Assembly (NCBI GenBank): GCA_048360435.1 | Contig: DBGCOP010000025.1 | Span: forward strand, 8,101 to 72,100 | Reading direction: 5' to 3' | DNA: 64,000 bases | Source: Candidatus Limenecus sp. | GTDB lineage: Bacteria; Cyanobacteriota; Vampirovibrionia; Gastranaerophilales; Gastranaerophilaceae | Shown: positions 19,393 through 26,424 of the stretch, one piece after another | Layout of the letters: each line of letters opens with the position of its first letter | Position numbering within the stretch: position 1 is the first letter of the stretch | Notes under the pieces: model-generated | Databases searched by the model: none | Told to the model about the DNA's origin: nothing | The model's input: the letters and a program-made list of their open reading frames with translations, nothing else | Made by a program: the position numbers and the translations under genes

Positions 19393-20159
19393 TAGATTTG
19401 TTTAAATGCCTCCTTGATTAATTCAAGCTGTGTGCTGATGTTTGCATCAATTATACCGTTTGACGTTTCAATCACCGCCGAACCCTCTTCGACCTCTTTG
19501 TCGCCCGATACAAAGATTTTAGCCTCAAATTGTCCGGAAGACAAAAGTTTCGGCACTATTTCTTTTGTATACTCAACATCAGTAGGATTCACTTTAAGTA
19601 TAATTTTATTTTCGTCTTTAGCAAGACTTTTCAGTGCATCTTTCACAATGCAGTCTAAAACAGTTTTATCTGTCTCAACTTCTTTTTTTATGATTTTTTC
19701 GGCAACCTTGAGTGCAATATCCAGAATATCACCTGCAACCTTGTCATAGAGTTCTTCTTTATATTCAAAAAATTCCTCAACAGCTTCTCTGAGTTCCCCA
19801 ACAGACTCATGGGCCTCTTCGAGCCCTTTTTGAAAGCCTTCCTTTGAGGCTTGTTCTTTAATAAGAATAGCTTCTTCCTGTGCACGGGAAATCATATTTC
19901 GATCATCAATACGGCGATAGCCTCTTCTTCTGTCGCCTCGTCTTCTTTCAGCTCTCTGAGCAAAGTCAATAGAATCAAAATTGAAACCTTCAAAAATATC
20001 AGAGGTATCTTCCTTCAATTCTTTTTTTATTTCAGGTTGAGATGTCTCAACAGCCGCTTCAGACGGTTTTTCTTCAGGCAGCTGAACCTGCTCCTCTTTA
20101 ACAGGTGCAGCCTCGGGCTTTTTATTTATAAATTTTTGTCTGTTTTTTTTAATTATCAT
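19392..20159 (-). CDS. fliH: flagellar assembly protein FliH
   Basis: C-terminal FliH signature: ILKVNPTDVEY ... EEGSAVIETSNGIIDANISTQLE. Has a charged, Arg-rich N-terminal extension. Confidence 0.8.
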   Translation of the reverse strand: MIIKKNRQKFINKKPEAAPVKEEQVQLPEEKPSEAAVETSQPEIKKELKEDTSDIFEGFNFDSIDFAQRAERRRGDRRRGYRRIDDRNMISRAQEEAILIKEQASKEGFQKGLEEAHESVGELREAVEEFFEYKEELYDKVAGDILDIALKVAEKIIKKEVETDKTVLDCIVKDALKSLAKDENKIILKVNPTDVEYTKEIVPKLLSSGQFEAKIFVSGDKEVEEGSAVIETSNGIIDANISTQLELIKEAFKQI

Positions 20160-20179
20160 CCGTCTGTTATTTTTCCGAT

Positions 20180-21181
20180 TTAACGATTAAGCTTTTCTTC
20201 AAGGTGATTGCATACTATATCGGCAATTCTTGGCGGAATATCAGAGCCTCTTCCGTCTTGAACGCCCATAACAAGGCTTTTAACGCCCTGTCTTTCCTTA
20301 TTTATAATATTCGATATTTTTGAAATATTCGAATTCTTAACAATTTTATATAATCTGTCATATATTTTTCCGGTGTTAATCTTTCTGGGTTCAGGCAGTG
20401 TTTTTTTGATTTCGTTCAAACATTTAACAACAACATTTCTGTCAAGTTTGTTTTCAAGATCATCCATGTTTGCATAATCCTGAAGAATAGCCGCATCATC
20501 AGGACTAAATTTGTTAAGCAGAAGCTGCCTTTTGTCAACGGGCAGATGCCTCAAAACAATTGCAAAAGTAGCCAGTTTAAGAATTTTATTGTCGCTGACC
20601 TGATTTACATAGTCACTATCTTGACCATTTTGAACAGAACCGCCCTGTGCAGCGGCTTGAGCCTCCGCTTCAGCCTGCTGCTGCGCTGCCGCTTGAGCCA
20701 TCTCATCTATATTTGAATGGCTTTCAGCTTCTTTGACCTGTTCCTCTGTCATTATGCCTTTTTCTTTTAACTCTTCAAGAGCTTCGTGATATGCCTTTTT
20801 GACCTGAAGTTCAACAACGGCAATCATATCAGCCTGCGGCATACCCTTTATGATAGCGGTTTTTGCTATTTCAAAAACAGTAAAAGCAACCTTTTGAAGT
20901 ATCGCATCTCTGAATTGAGGATCTATACCGCTTTTGACCGTATCAATTGCCTTGTGAAAAGTCCACTCGCCGATGAACTGTGTAACAATACTCGCCTGTT
21001 CTGCATTAAAGCTTATAGAGGTATCATTTGAAATAGCCTCGCCTGCCATATAACAAAAATTGTATACTATGTTGATAATATACTGTTTGTCCTGATCCAT
21101 AATACCGGGAGGCAGAGCAGGACCCACCTGATCGGCAAGGTTTTTTGCAAATGCTTTAAAATCAAATCCTTCTATCGGCAA
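20180..21181 (-). CDS. protein in the fliG slot (between fliF and fliH); only weak FliG N/M-domain-like similarity in the C-terminal third
   Basis: TTG start with a strong SD (AAGGGGGAG). The N-terminal ~170 aa are unrecognised, followed by a Gln/Ala-rich linker. The C-terminal ~135 aa (KILKLATFAIVLRHLPVDKRQLLLNKFSPDDAAIL..., ISNIINKERQGVKSLV) vaguely resembles FliG N/M. I cannot see EHPQ, MFxF or the charged torque helix. Confidence 0.45.
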   Translation of the reverse strand: MPIEGFDFKAFAKNLADQVGPALPPGIMDQDKQYIINIVYNFCYMAGEAISNDTSISFNAEQASIVTQFIGEWTFHKAIDTVKSGIDPQFRDAILQKVAFTVFEIAKTAIIKGMPQADMIAVVELQVKKAYHEALEELKEKGIMTEEQVKEAESHSNIDEMAQAAAQQQAEAEAQAAAQGGSVQNGQDSDYVNQVSDNKILKLATFAIVLRHLPVDKRQLLLNKFSPDDAAILQDYANMDDLENKLDRNVVVKCLNEIKKTLPEPRKINTGKIYDRLYKIVKNSNISKISNIINKERQGVKSLVMGVQDGRGSDIPPRIADIVCNHLEEKLNR

Positions 21182-21210
21182 ATTTTTTCTCCCCCTTGTA
21201 GTTTAAAGAG

Positions 21211-22839
21211 CTAAGCTTTTTCAATCCAGCTTTTTACATGTTCGGCAACATCATCTTCGTCGAGCCCGCTCATCTCATCAGCCAGCTCGGCAAGAGTAGT
21301 ACTCAATTCCGGAAGCTGTTGTGCGTTTTGTTTTTGTTCAAGCATTCCCTGAGCAAGCTGAGTTTGTTTCTCAATCAGTTCAGCAGCTTTAAGGTTTACG
21401 TCTCTCAGTTGTTTTTCCTGATCCTGAGATTTTTCTCTCAACATCTCAATCTCCTGTCTTTGTTTTTCTTGAGCAGCTTTTACTCTGTCAGACAGGAATT
21501 TCAAACCAACACCAAGACCAATAAGAATCAACGCTATTGCAATCCACCAAGGGTTGCCTGTTGAGTCGGGTTTTGGCAGAGATTCGGGCTTGTCTCCGGC
21601 AAGGAAAGGATCAACAGAATCAGAGAAAGCTATTTCTACATTTTCAGCAGTAGCTTTCGGAGAAGCGGCTCTGGCAATAAGCTCTTTCAATTCTTCAAGA
21701 GTCATATTTGCAGGGATAGCACTTTCTTCAAGAGTAACCGCAATTGAAATATCCTCAATTGTGCCGGGTTTTACAAGCTCGCTTGTCTGAACCTTCGGTA
21801 CGCCGAATTGAGACTCTCTTGCCGTTCTTGAATAACTTCTGTTCTGTGCCGAATCAGCATTGTTTGCGGGAAGCCCGTTTGGCAGGTAAACACTGACAGC
21901 ACTGATACCTTTGTTTGTATCTCTTGTCTGATCACCGAGACCTTCGGAGAATGTCTGTTCCGTGAGAGAAGTTTTCTTTGTCGGATCAAAGTCTATTGCA
22001 TCTTTTTGCATCGGAGACTGTCTCAAATATGTGCTGACAGTAACGGCATAATTGCCCTTTCCGATTAATTTATCCAGCTGGGTTTTAACTTTTGCCTGCA
22101 TATATTGGTCATTTTCTTCAAGCTTTGCAAGCATATCATCATCAGCCGAAGCAATTGAGTCATAGACATTTCCGTTCGTATCCGTAATAGAAATATTTTC
22201 TGCTTCCAAACCGTTTACGGAACCGAGAAGCAGGTTTCTGATAGCTTTAACCTTCATATTATCGAGTTTTTCACCGCTTGGCATAACTATCTGAACGGTA
22301 GCCGTAATTGGTTTCTGGTCAGCAGCAAACATTGCCTGATCAGGAATCGAAACGAAAACAGATGCGTTTTCAATAGGCGGAATTTTTCTGATTAACCTGG
22401 ACAATTCGCCGTTGATTGCACGGGTGAGACGTATTCTTTTATCCTCTTTTGTTGAAGTAAAATCACCCTTATCAAAAATTTCAAGACCTATATTCTGATC
22501 AACAAGACCGCTTTTAACAATGGCAAGAAGTGCTCTGTCTCTTTGTGTCATAGTATATTTAGCCAGATACAGAACTGATTTTTGCCCGTCAGCACGTCTT
22601 TCAACAGTAATGCCTTCTCTGGCAAGCAGAGCCTGAATCTCGATTGCTTTTCCGAGATTGTCTGTTGTCAAAAGATCCAAAGGCTTGTCTATAACCTTTT
22701 CTTTAACGGTTTTCGGCGCACCTGAAGAGTTTGAAGAAGCAATAACACCAATCGTGATAAACAAAGCAAGGACAACAACAAGTCCCCCTATTATCCCGAA
22801 AAGCAACGGCTTATTTTCCAGTATTTTTTGAAAATCCAT
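21211..22839 (-). CDS. fliF: flagellar MS-ring protein
   Basis: 542 aa. N-terminal TM, YscJ/FliF lipoprotein-like domain, a second TM near residue 430 and a coiled C-terminus. Confidence 0.85.
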   Translation of the reverse strand: MDFQKILENKPLLFGIIGGLVVVLALFITIGVIASSNSSGAPKTVKEKVIDKPLDLLTTDNLGKAIEIQALLAREGITVERRADGQKSVLYLAKYTMTQRDRALLAIVKSGLVDQNIGLEIFDKGDFTSTKEDKRIRLTRAINGELSRLIRKIPPIENASVFVSIPDQAMFAADQKPITATVQIVMPSGEKLDNMKVKAIRNLLLGSVNGLEAENISITDTNGNVYDSIASADDDMLAKLEENDQYMQAKVKTQLDKLIGKGNYAVTVSTYLRQSPMQKDAIDFDPTKKTSLTEQTFSEGLGDQTRDTNKGISAVSVYLPNGLPANNADSAQNRSYSRTARESQFGVPKVQTSELVKPGTIEDISIAVTLEESAIPANMTLEELKELIARAASPKATAENVEIAFSDSVDPFLAGDKPESLPKPDSTGNPWWIAIALILIGLGVGLKFLSDRVKAAQEKQRQEIEMLREKSQDQEKQLRDVNLKAAELIEKQTQLAQGMLEQKQNAQQLPELSTTLAELADEMSGLDEDDVAEHVKSWIEKA

Positions 22840-22867
22840 TTAAAATTACTTCCTGCCTCTTAGCTAA

Positions 22868-22896
22868 ATTATACTATCAATTACGTCAGAAGTTAA
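22868..22896 (-). promoter_or_regulatory. candidate sigma-70-type promoter for the fliF operon (TTAACT-17 nt-TATAAT)
   Basis: On the minus strand: TTAACT (22891-22896), a 17-nt spacer, then TATAAT (22868-22873). The SD AGAGGCAGGAAG follows, then the ATG at 22839. Confidence 0.3.
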
Positions 22897-22988
22897 CTCC
22901 TGCTTTCGATTTGATAAAAATTTTCATCCGTTTGGAGGAGAAAATTTCTACTCTATATTAATGATTTTTTTTCATAAGTCATGTTTTA

Positions 22989-24161
22989 TCAAAAAAATTC
23001 TGCGGGAATTTCATTAGACAAACAGTGAAGTGCTCCACTTTCTTCTTCAAGAAGGTCAGTCATTTTGTTGTCTTTACCCTCAACAAAGTATATTCTTTCT
23101 TTTTTTACATAAGGCTCAAGGCTTTTTATAAACATTTTTTCAAAATCAAAACCAATCTTCTCCGAAATCTCCGGAGTTATGCCAAAAACATCGTTCAATT
23201 CCGATTTGTTTGTTACATAACACAAAGCACCGTCAGCTCTTTCATGCACAACAGCATTCATGTAATTCATTGAATGCACAAGATCATCTCTGTTTTCACT
23301 ATAAGGAATTCTGTAAAAAATCCGCCCCGGGACACGTATAGGGAAAAAGCCTTTGTGTTCAAGACACGAAACAATCTGATCCGCATCAGGATTCTTTAAG
23401 TTTTTTACATCTTTTCTAAATACTTTTAAAAAGTCTGTAAGTTTTGCTTCTACTTCCAAAAGCTGGTTTTTCTGAACTTGAGTACAATCATTTTTATTTA
23501 TCAATTTTTTTATATTTCTCAACGCTGTTGAAATTTCTTTTATTGTCAGTTTATCATCAGCAACAAGTACTCTTTTGTTGTTAAGCGGACGTATAAACAA
23601 ATCCAGATGAAAATCAGCCTGTGGAATAATATGCACTTTAGAAACACCATACGTTTTCTTAACGGCTTCAATATTTTTGCCGAACATTCCTTCCGCTCCC
23701 ACAAAAAGCTCATTTTGAGCACCGTTTTTCACAAAAAACAGATTGCCGCCCTGTATGGAATCATTGCATACCTCGCTTTTCGAACCGGAAAGTTTTGATA
23801 TTGTTTTAACAAGATTTGAACGCTGATAACAATCTTCTGCCAGAACTTTTTTATCGGGAATTACAACAATATAGTCCTGAACCCACTTTACATAACCGTT
23901 ACTGTATTCCTCCGGTTCAAAAAATCTCTTTATTTTTTTTAAGGAATCAAAAAATGCTTTTTGTCGATTAACAAAATAGACTTTAAACCCTTCTTTTTTT
24001 CCTATTTTCGAAAACTGTTCAATTATGCCAAAAGAATTCGAATCATCACAAACAGTCATAACAACGGCCTTTAGAGGTCTTGCATCATAGCCTTTAAAAG
24101 ACTGATTATGAACATAAGGTTTGTAGGAATTATTTACAGTGGAAAAATTAACATTCATCAC
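22989..24161 (-). CDS. guanidino-group-modifying-enzyme superfamily protein (agmatine/arginine deiminase- or amidinotransferase-like)
   Basis: Three motifs in the order expected for this fold: GGNLFF (substrate loop), ADFHLDLF (His/Asp) and the C-terminal GALHCLSNEIP (nucleophile Cys). Confidence 0.45.
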   Translation of the reverse strand: MMNVNFSTVNNSYKPYVHNQSFKGYDARPLKAVVMTVCDDSNSFGIIEQFSKIGKKEGFKVYFVNRQKAFFDSLKKIKRFFEPEEYSNGYVKWVQDYIVVIPDKKVLAEDCYQRSNLVKTISKLSGSKSEVCNDSIQGGNLFFVKNGAQNELFVGAEGMFGKNIEAVKKTYGVSKVHIIPQADFHLDLFIRPLNNKRVLVADDKLTIKEISTALRNIKKLINKNDCTQVQKNQLLEVEAKLTDFLKVFRKDVKNLKNPDADQIVSCLEHKGFFPIRVPGRIFYRIPYSENRDDLVHSMNYMNAVVHERADGALCYVTNKSELNDVFGITPEISEKIGFDFEKMFIKSLEPYVKKERIYFVEGKDNKMTDLLEEESGALHCLSNEIPAEFF

Positions 24162-24211
24162 GAATATGTCAAAACACGTGATAAAAATTTATTGCCATGT
24201 ATTTTTACCTG

Positions 24212-24994
24212 TTATTTAATTTTTGGCATAACCCAGTTAACAATGTCAGAACTCATGTTCGGATTCGCTTTGAGCATAAGCATTCCCATTCCGCCGGAGG
24301 GATATGTTTTCACTTCATAATCACCCTGAGCAAACCTTTTCAGATACAAAGTTTCATTGTATGAATATCTGTCTCTTACACTTGCCATAGCCAAAATCGG
24401 GACAGAGCCGATGTTTGCAATAGCAAGAGGGGTATAAAGCCCTTTGAAACTTTTTGTCGGGGAAATAAGAACAATGCAAGAAGGCTTGTTCACAAGTTGT
24501 TCAGCAGCAAGAACAGCCGTATTTGCACCTATATCAGCCCCTACAATTGCATATTTTGTTGTGGAAATATTTTTGTAGTTTGAAGCAAGATACCTGAGCA
24601 TATCAGCAACATCATCGGGATATTTTTTAAAAGTCTTTTCAGAAAAATATCTCCACGATTTTATTCTGAAATTTGAATCATAAGCACTTGCGCCGTGTCC
24701 TCTCAAATCCATAACAAGAACCGCTGAACCTGAATCAACAAAACGTTTTACGGTTGATGCCCAGTAATCTCCCGAATATCCGAGAGAATGAAGCATTACA
24801 ACAACCGGATAAACAGCCTCTTCTTTTGCAGGATAGAAGAGTTTGGATTTTATGACAAAGTTGTCTTTTGTTTCATAGGTAATGTTTACATAACCTACCT
24901 TTTTTTTCGGTGCTGCTTGAACCGCACCAAAAAACACGGTTGGAATTGCAGACATCAAAAATACCGCCAGAATTATTGAAAAAATCCTTTTCAT
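24212..24994 (-). CDS. secreted alpha/beta-hydrolase (dienelactone-hydrolase/esterase-like)
   Basis: Signal peptide MKRIFSIILAVFLMSAIPTVFFGAVQA. I prefer the start at 24994 to the track start at 25057, which would overlap the upstream gene. The nucleophile elbow reads G-A-D-I-G instead of GxSxG. Confidence 0.7.
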   Translation of the reverse strand: MKRIFSIILAVFLMSAIPTVFFGAVQAAPKKKVGYVNITYETKDNFVIKSKLFYPAKEEAVYPVVVMLHSLGYSGDYWASTVKRFVDSGSAVLVMDLRGHGASAYDSNFRIKSWRYFSEKTFKKYPDDVADMLRYLASNYKNISTTKYAIVGADIGANTAVLAAEQLVNKPSCIVLISPTKSFKGLYTPLAIANIGSVPILAMASVRDRYSYNETLYLKRFAQGDYEVKTYPSGGMGMLMLKANPNMSSDIVNWVMPKIK

Positions 24995-25046
24995 TTTTGT
25001 TTTCTCTTCTCTTTTCCTTTTGCTTCGGGAGAACTCCCCGCACAAA

Positions 25047-26303
25047 TTATTGTGCAAGGAGACATTCCAAAGAATTTACAAGCTCAGGATCCCATTTTAT
25101 GTTGGACTCCTGTTTGATAATCTCGAGAGCCTCTGCTTCTGTTTTCGCCTTTCTGTAAGGTCTGTCTTCTCTTAATGCAGAGTAAGCATCTGCTATGGCA
25201 ATAATTCTTGACCCCAGCGGAATGCTGTGTCCTTTCAAACCTTCAGGTTCGCCTCTTCCGTCCCAGCGTTCCTTGTGATAATGGATATAAGGAATCACCT
25301 CTGAGAGGAAATTTATGCTCATAAGCAGGCTTACGCCGATATTCGGGTGGTTTTGCAAAGTTTCCCAATCTTCTTTAGAAAGTTTTTCTTTCTTGTTAAA
25401 AAGTTCTTCGGGAATAGTAATTTTGCCTATATTTTGCAAAAGTCCCGCATAATAAATCAAATCTTTTGTTTTCTCATTCAAACCGAGATATTCGCATATC
25501 ATCTTCGCCATATCAGCAACATGCTGAGAATGATTGTTGTGAAATTCGCTCTTTGCATCAACAGCTTTTGCCAGCATTTCAACAAAGTTCTGCTGTTCTT
25601 CACCAAGATCTCCGATTACAGCGGTAAGCTCGGCACGGTAATGTTGAAGCTCAGTGCTTGAAACTTCAGCATCTTCCATTGCTTTCGCTGTTTCTTCCGT
25701 CAATTTTTGAAGCATCATCGAAATTGCAAAAAGTCGTGATGTAACTTTTATCAATTTCAAAAACTCATCAGAAAGCGTTTTGTTCTCTTGAGGTTCAATA
25801 ATAATAAGACCCGCATTTTCTGTTCCGTAATGCATAGGAACACGCACAAGTTTTTCATTGTTCAGTTCAATCTCTTCATCAGGATCTATCGACGAACCCA
25901 CCAGAACAAGTCCTGACGCATCTTCTTCAAAGCCTTTTGCATATTCCGCCGACAAAAAGATGTGGCACGCTTTTGCATCAACCATTTGTACAATGGTTTT
26001 TGCTATTGAGTTATAAATTATATAGTCTTCTTTGTTCGTAAATCCAAGAACAGAGAGAGTATTGTTGATAGAATAGATTGAAATAAGCTCGTTGAGCTGT
26101 TTTTTCAAGCTTTCTGATTTGTCTATACTGTCATGCTTTTTAATTTTTTGCGCAAGATCCTCAGAAATCAAATGTTCTGTTAAAAAATCACCTAAATTGA
26201 GCGCAAAAATTTCTTCTAACGGATCTTCTCCCAAAAGCTCCGCGCTTCTTGAAAAAAGTGATACTCCATTATCTTCAGCCTTGTTCATGTTCTCTTTTGT
26301 CAT
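25047..26303 (-). CDS. HD-GYP-family protein with degenerate signatures and a GAF-like N-terminal region
   Basis: Motifs HSQHVADMA ... LLQNIGKITIP (QN where LHDIGK is usual) ... HYHKERWDGRGEPEGLKGHSIP (GEP instead of GYP) ... IAIADAYSAL. Confidence 0.75.
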   Translation of the reverse strand: MTKENMNKAEDNGVSLFSRSAELLGEDPLEEIFALNLGDFLTEHLISEDLAQKIKKHDSIDKSESLKKQLNELISIYSINNTLSVLGFTNKEDYIIYNSIAKTIVQMVDAKACHIFLSAEYAKGFEEDASGLVLVGSSIDPDEEIELNNEKLVRVPMHYGTENAGLIIIEPQENKTLSDEFLKLIKVTSRLFAISMMLQKLTEETAKAMEDAEVSSTELQHYRAELTAVIGDLGEEQQNFVEMLAKAVDAKSEFHNNHSQHVADMAKMICEYLGLNEKTKDLIYYAGLLQNIGKITIPEELFNKKEKLSKEDWETLQNHPNIGVSLLMSINFLSEVIPYIHYHKERWDGRGEPEGLKGHSIPLGSRIIAIADAYSALREDRPYRKAKTEAEALEIIKQESNIKWDPELVNSLECLLAQ

Positions 26304-26333
26304 GATTCATTCCTATTAACTTCCGTAATTTTA

Positions 26334-26361
26334 TTATCGGCATATAAATTTCAAAACTTTA
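26334..26361 (-). promoter_or_regulatory. sigma-28 (FliA/SigD)-type promoter: TAAAGTTT-N12-GCCGATAA
   Basis: The minus strand reads TATAAAGTTTTGAAATTTATATGCCGATAATAAA. The -10 element (26334-26341) lies 30 nt upstream of the ATG at 26303. The consensus is TAAAGTTT-N11-GCCGATAA. Confidence 0.5.
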
Positions 26362-26424
26362 TAGAGAAATCACAAACTTTATACTTTTGTTTAAGAAACT
26401 TAATATAAATGTTAGAAATAAAAA

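Noticed and set aside
24900-24907. Homopolymeric A/T runs (8-9 nt) inside or near coding regions as phase-variation switches. Examples are T8 in the hydrolase signal-peptide region, A8 at 1543-1550 and T8 at 27980-27987.
   Set aside because: The runs encode Lys-Lys-Lys stretches expected in an AT-rich, Lys-rich genome. They are short for slipped-strand switching, and no alternative-frame ORFs are evident.
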